Below, one piece after another: positions 30,798 through 43,900 of a stretch of DNA of 64,000 nucleotides (the first letter of the stretch is position 1; each line of letters starts with the position of its first letter). The stretch is from the human T2T-CHM13v2.0 reference genome, Homo sapiens. Both the position numbers and the translations under genes were made by a program. Location of the stretch: assembly GCF_009914755.1 (NCBI RefSeq), contig NC_060929.1; one strand, 5' to 3'. The notes beneath the pieces were generated by a model that was not told where the DNA came from, searched no databases, and was given only the letters and a program-made list of their open reading frames with translations.

Positions 30798-31258
30798 AAA
30801 AAGTAACTCCACCGATGATTAAAGGTGCTTATTCATAAAATCACCTTAGTTTCTTGAAGCTGAGCACAACTCTGGATGATAAGCATACCACCAGAGTCCA
30901 GGTGTCAGAATATAAAGCATCTCAACTTTTTACCAGAGCAGTACTTTGTTTATCACCTCTGCAAATGTGTGTGAAATATATACCACTGCCTTTTGTCAAT
31001 ACCATTTTCATCACCACCAAAAGCCAATTTAATAAACTCAGTTCATCAGACCTATCCCTTTGACTACTTCCTTTCCCAAAGGGAAATATAATCCATCTTA
31101 ACCATTTGGATATTTAAAAGATTCTTTTATGTGCAGTCTCAGTTCATTATGAATGGAATACATTTTATTCTTCTGTTCCATTTAGTCTGGCTACACACTG
31201 GATTGGATTGAAGATGCAATGTCTCATTGTACTTTTAGTCAGGGAATAGTTTTCCTGA

Positions 31259-31554
<296 letters not shown>

Positions 31555-31959
31555 CACTCAACAGCTTTTGAAGCTAAGTGTTGAACAATGACCCAGGAGT
31601 TAGGTTAGCACAAAGTGGCCCTCTGGATAAGCCACACCAGAAGCACACATTTCCCTGCACGCATCATAATGGCATTCTCCACTTGATTTTGTCTGTATTG
31701 CTATAATGCTGAAAGAATAATGCTGGGAACAATATGCCTTTTTTCGATCACTGTTAATAGAAAACAAGGAGATATTATAATTTAGGATATTTGTACCATA
31801 AGCAGAAAAGACTGAAAAAAATATGTGCTGACTTTTTGTTGTTTATTGTTATTGTGTTTGGTTTTAAGACTATATTTATGTGTGCAATCCAATTAGACAT
31901 TTGACTTAAAAAGTTAACTCAGTTAAGGCAACCTCTGTCACTGTTACTGGAATTATTAA

Positions 31960-32180
31960 CTACTGTCTGTTGAGCATTTTCTATATGCTCAGCGTAGTAC
32001 TAAACACTTTTATGCATTATCACAGTTAATTTTTACTCCATCTCTAAAATTATTATTTACCCCATTTTACATATGCAAAAATTGAGGCTCAAAATATATT
32101 GGTCAAGATCTCACTACTATTTAGTCCAAGAATTGAAATGAAAAACAAGGCCTTTTGCTTCCAAGCCCCAGGTTCCATAC
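31960..32180 (-). mobile_element. MIR
   Basis: ttgagcattttctatatgc...cccattttacatatgcaaaaattgaggctca. Confidence 0.7.
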
Positions 32181-33689
32181 CATTATTATCTCCCTTTAAT
32201 AAGTCAATATAGCACAGTAGCTGTGTTAGTAATTGACATTGACTAGGAAGAAACCCGTTAATGATTATTATAAAATTTAAGAAAACCATTCAAAGCCTAT
32301 TACATACATTTTTTTTACCAAAGTTACTAAGGAGGAAGTTACCTATTAATGAGAAAACAGTTTTATAGGCAACATAAATTCCATTTCTAGAGAAACAATT
32401 TAGGTAGCACTCTTTCTTGAAATTTCTTCCTGGATAGCTGATTACACTATAGAAACCAACTGAAACTTCCTGTTCCACCTTCTGAAAGACTCTGCACATG
32501 TATCCCAATAAACTTTAGTACATAGCTTATGCTGTGTAAATACTGGGCCCAGATTATTTTTGTTGTCCACAACAATAGCAGTTGAGAACAGAGAGACATT
32601 TTGCTACTCCACTGGCAGACGCCCCTTAAAAATGCTTTGGTTTCTTCTTCACTTACCCGCAAGCACCCTATTTTGTTTTATTGGACATAAGAGGGAATGG
32701 AAAGCACTGACGTTTGGATATTGATTTAAACTCATCAAGCCATAGCAATTGTCCCCTTGGTAAAACTAAGCCTTTCAAAGTTATAATTTGCCAAGCTTTT
32801 GTCTGAAGGGAGAAATACAAAACTATCTTTGTGCTGAGAAGTTCTCTCGATGGCATGTGCTGCCCTCCCTTCCTCATACAAATAAATTAAAACACTAAAA
32901 TGTAATCTAGAAAGCATTGCTGTGTCCAATAAGGATATAACATGCAGGTGGCCCAATCCAATTTGGAGAGACCACCATAATGTGGCGCTGGAGCTCACCA
33001 TCCTCAACAGGAGATGTGTGTACACTGAGGTTGAGATTTATTTTGATCAATTTTTGTTTGTATACAGATCATTTTATGGTCTGGAGTCCGCTGAGAAAAG
33101 ATATTTATTCTAATTTCTTGGCATGCTCTTTTTCACTCCAAATAAATATTAATAGCTCTTGGCTCCTGTCTGTGAATTGCTGAGATAATTCAAAAATGGC
33201 TAGAAAATGTCCGTAGGATCAAAAATTATCTGAGAATAAGGTTAACCATAATACATCTCCTTACCCTTCTCAGTCCATTTGAAAGCACTTGTCACAAGAG
33301 TTTATATTTCATTATCTCAAATATCCCTCTTATATAGAGATACTAGGTTATTTTTTCCATACATATAAGGACCTCTTAGGACCAGGAGAATAGGGCTTCA
33401 GCTCTCCACACTGAAAACTTGGTTAGCTTGTTTCTTTATAACTTCTTTTTGATCTGATGCATTCCTTCTTGAAAGACATAAAGCCCTCGTGGCTAAACAA
33501 AAATTGAGAAGTCTGAACATGTAGCATTGAGAGGACTTAATTTTGGTTTAGCCAAAATCTAGCCACTCACATCTACTAACACATTTCTATGTTAGTGTAT
33601 GTTACCTCCAAATGCTTGGTTCTCTGCCTAGCAAGACAGAAAAACAAATGCAAATTAAATTTGAAAACTTCAACTGATATATAATTATT

Positions 33690-34520
<831 letters not shown>

Positions 34521-34529
34521 TTTTTAAAA

Positions 34530-35172
34530 AAACACTTTTATTTTAGGTTCAGGTGTACATGCATGGGTTTATTATATAGCTAAATTGCATGTTGTGGGGG
34601 GTTTGGTGTACAGGTTGTTTCATCACCCAGGTAATAAGCATAGTAAATGGGTAGTTTTTCAATCATCATCCTCCTTGCACCTTCCATGTTCAAGTAAGTC
34701 CCAGCATCCGTTCCCTTCTTTGTGTCCATGTGCACTCAATGTTTAGCTCCCACTTATAAAATGAGAACCTATGGCATTTTATTTTCTGTTCCTGTATTAG
34801 TTTGGTTAGGATAATGGCCTCCAGCTCCATCCATGTTGCTGCAAGGAACATAATCTTATTCTTTTTTATGGCTGCATAGTATTCCATGGTAGATATGTAT
34901 CATATTTTCTTTGTCCAGTCTACCACTGATGGCCATTTAGGTCGATTTCATGTCTTTGCTATTGTGAATAGTGCTGTCATGAACATACACATGCATGTGT
35001 CTTTATGGTATAATGATTTTCTTTCCTTTGGGTATATACCCAATAATGGGAATCCTGGGTCAAATGGTAATTCTATTTGAACTTCTTTGAGAAATCACCA
35101 AACTGCTTTCCACAATGGCTGAATTAATTTACATTCCCACCAGTGGTGAATATGCATTCCCTTTTCTCCACA
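34530..35172 (-). mobile_element. L1PA15/16-like 3' end
   Basis: ggtttggtgtaca...catcacccaggtaataagcatagta; ORF 34690-34887(-) [13 protein letters not shown] is the ORF2 C-terminus. Confidence 0.85.
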
Positions 35173-35699
35173 AAGAATTCGGACTAATGGGGAAATCAGA
35201 CCTAGTAAAATAAGCAGTTGCAACAGAGAGAGTTACATTCATTTAAGGTATGTATAAGGTGACAGGGAATCACTGTGGACACTGTGGATGTCATTGTAGG
35301 GTGGAAAGAATCCCATCCCTTTCCTTTCACAACTCCCAGCCTAGCCTGGGACATGTCTAAAAGACATGTCCAAAAATGCAGAGGCATTCCTGTTTTCCTA
35401 CTTACAAAGCCAGTGGAATGTCTAAAACTAATGAAGGGACTTTCAACTCTTAGGAGCCAGGGTCCAAGTTGTAAATCACATAAACTTAGCTATTCTATTC
35501 TTCCAAACAACTGACATGTTCAAATTGGTGAAGGGTGAGTTTTAGGAGTTCCTTGTTTCTGGAACAAAACTTATTTGTGAATATCAAGATTCCTGTCTAC
35601 CCAGTTCAGGTCCTCAAAACTTAGAATAATTCTTGCCAAATAAGTCTTGTACTATGTACACTAAAAGAACATCACAAAAAATAACATGAAGTGTTTCTA

Positions 35700-35930
35700 T
35701 AATAATGCTTATTGAATGCCTACTCTGAACCTGCCATTATGGAGATCTTACCACATATAAGGCATTGTTCTAAATGCTTTATATTATTAATTTATTCAAT
35801 CCCAAATCAACCTTGTGTGTTTGTATTTATTTATATCAGCCCATTCCATAGATAAGGAAACTTATGCCTAGAGTGGTTAAATAACTAATAAAAGAAGGAG
35901 CTAAGATTAGAAAAAAGTGTGTCTGGCTTC
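35700..35930 (-). mobile_element. MIR
   Basis: ggcattgttctaaatgcttt...cccattccatagataaggaaact...gtggttaaataact. Confidence 0.65.
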
Positions 35931-37083
35931 CAAACTTCATAATATAAAGGAATAATTAGGGAAAGCAAAGTATTTGTAGGTTCTGTTTCATTCAATACAC
36001 TGAGACAGGGCTAGTGCTTATTGAATGAGTAAGCATTTCTGAAAAGTCATGGGGTTCAAGTCTCCTGGAGATGATAATACCAAAACCAGAATAATTTCTG
36101 TAATCAACAAATTCAGTCATGACACTTTCCTATAAGCAATAATTAAAGTTTCTTATAAGCAATAATTAAAGTTTAATTTTAAACTTTTTAAAAACATGCA
36201 CAAATAGTTTTTAAATAAGGAAATCTTATAAAATCAAAACCATCTTTTTCCTTTCTAAGTGAAAGTAAACATGTTTTCTTGCTGTTGGTTTCTTGATTGG
36301 CTGAAAGCCCAAAGTATATTATTTCTCAGGCATAATTCCATAGAGAGGAAGAAAATTTTCCCTACAGGGCAAATGCTTTGGAGAATGTTTCTTTTCAACT
36401 AAGTGCTACAACATCCTCCCTCTCTTATTGCAAACTATAAGAGGCATGAAAGAATCCTGAGCCAAATATCCAGATAATTAGGGAGGTAGAGAGAAAACAA
36501 GAGTTGTCTGAGAGGACAGAATTTTATTTTATTCAATTACAAAAGTAATTTTTAGTTGTGTTCAGTGACTTAGAGTTTACAGAGTATTTTCATATCTATG
36601 CACTATTTTACAAGGGACTTAAAATAACCCTGTGGAAAAATTACAGGAGGATTAACCCCATGTTTTCTAATAAGAAAGTTAAAGTTAAAAGACATTACAT
36701 AGTTTACCCAAGACCATACCAGCTTAAAATGAACCAAAACTCAAACTTTGGTCTTCTAACCTTATTCCCTTTCATTTACCTGGCCTGCCTCTACAGTGAT
36801 GAATTTTGGCAATCTATCTTAATTAGGTTTTTCTCGTCTTTTTTCTGCTTTTCTATGTCAAAAGGATGGGGGGAAGTATTAAAACTAAAACTAGTAAAAC
36901 TTGATTTGCAGTTAGAGAAAAATTACTGGCAATGGCCTCTTCAGAATTCTGTTTAAAATTAGAATTGTCAGCTTTCCACTCCTGTCATGACAGAGAAACT
37001 GACACCACATGAACGCTCCAAAAATACGTGAAAATATATTTACAGACATTGGACAACAACACACAATTGGAAGACTCAAAATA

Positions 37084-37368
37084 TTTTTTGAGGCAGGGTC
37101 TTGCTCTGTTGCCCAGGTTGGAGTACAGTAACATGATCATAGCTCACTGCAGCCTCAATCTTTGAGCTCAAGCGATCCTCCCATCTCAGCCTAAGTACCT
37201 AGGACTACAGGCATGTGCCACCATACCTGGCTAATTTTTTTAATTTTTAGTAAGGAAGAGGTCTTGGTATGTTGCCCAGGCTGGTCTCCAACTCCTGAGC
37301 TCAAGTGATGTTCACACCTCAGCTTCCCAAAGTGCTGAGATTACAGGTATAAACCACTGCAGTCAGCC
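37084..37368 (-). mobile_element. AluJ
   Basis: gatcatagctcactgcagcctcaa, gttgcccaggctggtctc. Confidence 0.88.
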
Positions 37369-37369
37369 A

Positions 37370-38010
37370 CAGCATTATTAAAGTGTCAGTTCTCCCCCAA
37401 ATTGATCAACGTGATTTCAATAAAAAGCCAGCAGGTTTATTTGTATAAATACACAAGCTGATACTAGAATTCATATGAAAGGTAAAGAACCTACAGTATC
37501 CAAGATAATTTTGAAGAAAAAGAACAAAGTTGGATAATTATACTACCTCATTTCAAGAATTACTATAAAGCCATTGTTTTGTCTCGTATATGTTTATAGT
37601 TTTGCATTTTATAGTAATAAAACAATGTGGTATTGGAGTAGGTATAGATTAACTGAACATAATAGTGAGTCTAGAAGAAGGCCTACATATATAAAGTTGA
37701 TTGATTCTTGATAGTGGTATCAAAATTAATTAATAGGGAAAGAATCAGCTTTTAACAAGTGGTGAAAGAACAATTATGTATCCATATGAAAAAATAGTAA
37801 CCTCAAACTCCTACCACACACTATCAAAATGGGTCATAGACCCATAGGCAATGATTTATTAGAGAAGACCAGAAAAAAAGCATTAACTATAAAAGAAAAA
37901 AAAAGAAACTGATGCATTAGAGTTTTAAAAATTAAAGCAGCTGTTTTTCTAAGAGCATAAAGAAGAAACTGAAAATGTAAGCCAAGAATTGGGAGAAAGC
38001 ATTTGCAATA
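37370..38010 (+). mobile_element. Old L1M ORF2 fragment
   Basis: caagctgatactagaattcatatg, aagaacaaagttgga, tgggagaaagcatttgcaa. Confidence 0.7.
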
Positions 38011-38119
38011 TGAGTTGGGTCGTAATCCCAAAAGACACAGTCACAAACGCCATAATCTTAAATGTTGAAATTCTAAAGTCTCAAAATCTCTTAAGGCCTA
38101 AAATCCTAAAAATCACAGT
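38011..38119 (+). mobile_element. Ricksha (MULE-MuDR) left end/TIR
   Basis: tgagttgggtcgtaatcccaaaagacacagtcacaaacgccataatcttaaatgttgaaat is the inverted complement of 60370-60432 and matches the recalled Ricksha 5' consensus. Confidence 0.75.
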
Positions 38120-39039
38120 ACTATTCTGCTATTGTTGGAAGAAACATTCTGTATATGTCTTCAGGTCTATTTGGTCTATATTGTTATTCAGGTCCACTGT
38201 TTTTTTACTGACTTTTTTGTCTGTATTATTAATTCATTGTTGAAAACAGGGTATTGAATTCTCCCATTATTATTGTATTGCTGATAATTTCCCTCTTTAA
38301 TTATGTGAATATTTGCTTTGTACATTAAGATGTTTTGATGTTGAGTGCATATTTATTTATAATTTTTTCATCAGCTTGATGAATTGACCACTTTATTATT
38401 ATATAATGACCTCTTTTTTCTCTTGTGACAGTTCTTAAAGTCAATTTTGTACGATATAATTAAAGCCACTTCTGCTCCCTTTTGGCTGCTATTTGCATAG
38501 AATTTCTTTTTTCATCCCTTCACTTTCAGCCTATGTGTGTCCTTAAAGCTACAAGAAGTATCTTGTAGGAAGCATATTACTGGATCTTGTCTTTTAATTC
38601 ATTCTGTCTTTTGATTGGAGAATGTAAACTATTTTCAATTAAAGTAATTATTGATAGGTAAGAATTTACTATTGCTATTTCCTTGTTTTCTGATTGTTTT
38701 ATAGTTCTTTTCTTCCTTTATTTCTCTTCTGCTGTCTTCCTTTGTGACTTTATAATTTTTTATATTGATATGCTTTGATGCCTTTGTCTTTACTTTTGTG
38801 TATCTACTGGAGGTTTTAAAAAATTATTATTTTTTAATACTTTAAGTTCTGGGATACGTGTGCAGAATGTGCAGGTTTGTTACATAAATATAAACATGCC
38901 ATGGTGGTTTGCTGCACCCATCAACTTGTCATCTACATTAGGTATTACTCCTAATGCTATCCCTCCCCTACTCCCCCCATCCCCCAACAGGCCCTGGTAT
39001 GTGATGTTCCCCTCCCGGTGTCCCTGTGTTCTCATTGTT

Positions 39040-42000
39040 CAACTCCCACTTACAAGTGAGAACATGTGGTGTTTGGTTTTCTGTTCCTGTGCTAGTTTGC
39101 TGAGAATGGTGGTTTCCAGCTTCATCCATGTCCCTGCAGAGGACATGAATTCATCCTTTTTTATGGCAGCATAGTATTCCATGGTATATATGTGCCATAT
39201 TTTCTTTATCCAGTCTATCGTTGATGGGCATTTGGGCTGGTTTCAAGCTTTTGCTATTGTGAATAGTGCTGCAATAAACATACATGTGCATGTGTCTTTA
39301 TAGTGGAATGATTTATAATCCTTTTGGTATATACCCAATAATGGGATTGCTGAGTCAAATGGTAATTCTAGTTCTAGATCCTTGAGGAATCACCACACAG
39401 TCTTCTAAAACGGTTGAACTAATTTACACTCCCACCAACAGTGTAAAAGCGTTGCTATTTCTCCACATCCTCTCCAGCATCTGTTATTTCCTGACTTTTT
39501 AATGATTGCCAATCTGACTGGCATGAGATGGTATCTAATTGTGGTTTTGATTTGCTTTCTCTAATGACCAGTGATGATGAGCTTTTTTTTCATGTTTATT
39601 GGCCACATAAATGTCTTCTTTTGAGAAGTGTCTGTTTATATCCTTCACCCACTTTTCGATGGAGTTGTTTTTTTCTTGTAAATTTAAGTTCCTTGTAGAT
39701 TCTCGGTATTAGCCCTTTGTCAGAAGGCTAGATTGTTAAAATTTTCTCCCATTCTGTAGGTTGCCTGTTCACTCCAATGACAGTTTCTTTTTCTATGCAG
39801 AAGCTCTTTAGTTTAATTAGATCCCATTTGTCAATTTTAGCTTTTGTTGCCATTGCTTTTAGTGTTTTAGTCATGAAGTCTTTTCCCATGCCTATGTCCT
39901 GAATGGTATTACCTAGGTCTTATTCTAGGGATTTTATGATTTTAGGTCTCACATTTAAGCCTTTAATCCATCTTGAGTTAATTTTTGTATAAGGTGTAAG
40001 GAAGGGGACCAGTTTCAGTTTTCTGCATATGGCTAGCCAGTTTTCCCAACAGCATTTATTAAATAGGGAATCCTTTCCCCATTGCTTGTTTTTGTCAGGT
40101 TTGTCAAAGATCAGATGGTGGTAGATGTGTGGCATTATTTCTGAAGCCTCTGTTCTGTTCCATTGGTCTATATATCTGTTTTGTTACCAATACCATGGTG
40201 TTTTTGTTACTGTAGGCTTGTAGTATCGTTTGAGGTCAGGTAGCGCGATGCCTCCAGCTTTGTTCTTTCTTTTTGCTTAGGATTGTCTTGGCTATAAGCG
40301 GTCTTCTTTGGTTCTATATTAAATTTAAAGTAGCTTTTTCTAATTCTGTGAAGAAAGTCAGTGGTAGCTTAATGGGGATGGCATTGAACCTGTAAATTAC
40401 TTTGGGCAGTATGGTCATTTTTACAATATTGATTCTTCCTATCCATGAGCATGGAATGTTTTTCCATTTATTTGTGTTCTCTCTTATTTCCTTGAGCACT
40501 GGTTTGTAGTTCTCCTTGAAGAGGCCCTTCACATCCCTTGTAAGTTGTATTCCTAGGTATTTTATTCTCTTTACAGCAATTGTGAATGGAAGTTCACTCA
40601 TGATTTGGCTGTCTGTTTCCCTGTTATTGATGTATAGGAGTGCTTGTGATTTTTGCACATTGATTTTGTATCCTGAGACTATGCTGAAGTTGCTTGTCCA
40701 CTTAAGGAGATTTTGGGCTTAGATGATAGGGTTTTCTAAATATACAATCATGTCATCTGCAAACAGAGACAACTTGGCTTCTCTCTTCCTATTTGAATAC
40801 CCTTTATTTCCTTCTCTTGCCTCATTGCCTTGGCCAGAACTTTCAATACGATGTTGAACAGGAGTGGTGAAAAACAGCATCCTTGTCTTGTGCCAGTTTT
40901 TAAAGGGAATGCTTCCAGCTTTTGCTCATTCAGTATGATATTGGCTGTGGGTTTGTCATAAATAGCGCTTATTATTTTGGGATACGTTCCATCAATACCT
41001 AGTTTATTGAGAGTTTTTGAAGGGGTGTTGAATTTTATCGAAGGCCTTTTCTGCATCTATTGAGATAATCATGGATTTTGTCATTGGTTCTGTTTACATG
41101 ATGGATTATGTTTTTTGATTTGTGTACGTTGAACCAGCCTTGCATCACAGGAATGAAGCCAAGTTGATCATGGTGGATAAGCTTTTTGAGGCATTGCTGG
41201 ATTCAGTTTGCTAGTATTTTATTGAGGATTTTTGAATTGATGTTCATCAGGAATATTGACCTGAAATTTTCTTCTGTTGTTGTGTCTCTGCCAGGTTTTG
41301 GTATCAGGATGATGTTTGCCTCATAAAATGAGTTAGGGAAGAGTTTCTCTTTTTCTATTGTTTGGAATATTTTCAGAAGGAATGGTACCAGCTCCTCTTT
41401 GTACCTCTAGTAGAATTCGGCTGTGAATCTGTCTGGTCCTGAGCTATATTTGGTTGGTAGACTATTAATTGCTGCCTCAATTTCAGAACTTGTTATTGGT
41501 CTATTCAGGGATTTGACTTCTTCCTGGTTTAGTCTTGGGAGAGCGTATGTGTCCAGGAATTTATCCATTTCTTCAAGATTTTCTAGTTTATTTGCATAGA
41601 GATGTTTACAATATTTTCTGATGGTAGTTTGTATTTCAGTGAAATCAGTGGTCTTATCCCCTTTATCATCTTTTATTTTGTCTATTTGATTCTTTTCTCT
41701 TTTCTTCTTTATTAGGCTGGCTAGTGGTCTATCTATTTTGTTAATCTTTTCAAAAAATAGCTCCTGGATTCACTGATTTTTTTGAAAGGTTTTTCGTACC
41801 TCTATCTCCTTCAGTTCTGCTCCAATCTTAGTTATTTCATGTCTTCTGCTAGCTTTTGAATTTCTTTGCTCTTGCTTCTTTAGTTCTTTTAATTGTGAGG
41901 TTAGGATGTTGATTTTAGATCTTTCCGGCTTTCTCCTGTGGGCATTTAGTGCTATAAATTTCCCTCTAAACACTGCTTTAGTTTTGTCACAGAGATTCTG

Positions 42001-42847
42001 GTATGTTGTGATTTTGTTCTCATGGGTTTCAAAGAGCTTATTTATTTCTGCCTTAATTTTGTTATTTACCCAGTAGTCATTTAGGACCAGGTTGTTCAGT
42101 TTCTATGTAGCTGTGCACTTTTAAATGACTTTCTTAATCCTGAGTTCTAATTTGATTGCACTGTGGTCTGAGAGACTGTTTGTTATGATTTCCATTCTTT
42201 TGCATTCACTGAGGAGTGTTTTACTTCCAATTATATGGTCAATTTTACAATAAGTGTGATGTGGTGCTGAGAAAAATGTATATTCTGTTGATTTGGGGTG
42301 GAGAGTTCTGTAGATGTCTATTAGGTCCACTTGGTCAAGAGCTGAGTTCATGTCCTGAATATCCTTGTAAATTTTCTGTCTCGTTGATCTAATATTGACA
42401 GTGGGATCTTAAAGTCTCCCACTACTATTGTGTGGGAGTCTAAGTCTCTTTGTAGGCCTCTAAGAACTTGCTTTATGAATCTGGGTGCTCCTGTATTGGG
42501 TGCATATATATTTAGTATAGTTAGCTCTTCTTGTTGCATTAATCCCTTCATGACTATGTAACGCCCTTCTTTGTCTTTTTGGATGTTTGTTGGTTTAAAG
42601 TCTGTTTTATCAGAGACTAGGATTACAACCCCTCCTTTTTTTTGCTTTTCATTTGCTTGGTAAGTCTTCCTCCATCCTTTTTTTTGAGCCTATGTGTGTC
42701 TTTGCATGTGAGATATGTCTCCTGAATACAGCACACTGATGGGTCTTGAGTCTTTATCCAATTTGCCAGTCTGTGTCTTTCAATTGGGGCATTTAGCCCA
42801 TTTACATTTAAGGTTAATATTGTTATGTGTAAATTTGATCCTGTCAT
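39040..42847 (-). pseudogene. L1 ORF2 (EN-RT) pseudogene with many frameshifts and stops
   Basis: Fragments LNVNGLN, GDF, SDHSAIKLEL, GTRQG and KYLGI in different frames. Confidence 0.9.
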
Positions 42848-42889
42848 TATGATGCTAGCTGGTTATTTTCCCCCTTAGTTTATGCAGTT

Positions 42890-43900
42890 TCTTCATAGTG
42901 TTGATGGTCTTTACAATTTGGCATGTTTTTGCAGTGGCTGGAACTTGTTTTTCTTTTCCATATTTAGCACTTCCCTCAGGAGCTATTATAAGGCAGGCCT
43001 GGTGGTGACAAAATCTCTCAGCATTTGCTTGTCTGTAAAGAATTTTACTTCTCCTTCGCTTCTGAAGCTTAGTTTGGCTAGATACGAAATTCTTGGTTGA
43101 AAATTCTTTGAAGAATGTTGAATATTGGCCCCCACTCTATTCTGGCTTGTAGGGTTTCTGCAGGAAGATCTGCTGATATTCTGATTGGCTTCCCTTTGTG
43201 GGTGACCTTACCTTTCTCTCTGGCTTGCCTTAGCATTTTTTCCTTCATTTCAACCTTGGTGAATCTGAGGATTATGTGTCTTGGGGTTGCTCTTCTCAAG
43301 GAATATCTTTGTGGTGTTCTGTGTATTTCCTGAATTTGAATGTTGGTCTGTCTGGCTAGGCTGGGGAAGTTCTCCTGGATGATATCCTGAAGAGTATTTT
43401 CCAACTTGATTCCATTCTTCCCATCACTTTCAGGTACACCAATCAAACGTGAGTTTGGTCTTTTCACATAGTCCCATATTTCTAGGAGGCTTTGTTCATT
43501 CCTTTTTATTCTTTTTTCTCTAATCCTGTCTTCACATTTTATTTCATTAAGTTGATCTTCAATCTCTGATATCTTTTCTTCTGCTTGATTGATTTGGCTA
43601 TTGATACTTGTGTATGCTTCATGAAGATCTCATGCTGTGTTATTCAGCTACATCAGGTCATTTATGTTCTTCTCTAAACTGGTTATTCTAATTAGCAATT
43701 CTTCTAACCTTTTTTAAAGGTTCTTAGCTTCCTTGCATTGGGTTAGAACATGCTTTTTTTAACTCAGAGGAGTTGTTATTACCCACCTTCTGAAGCCTAC
43801 TTCTGTCAATTCGTCAAACTCATTCTCTGTCCAGTTTTGTTCCCTTGCTGGCAAGGAGTTGTAATCCTTTGAAGAAGAAGAGTCATTCTGGTTTTAGAAT
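42890..43900 (-). pseudogene. L1 ORF1 pseudogene
   Basis: RLIGVPESDG...QENFPSLAR...TPRHIILRF...KPIRISADL. Boundaries approximate. Confidence 0.85.
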
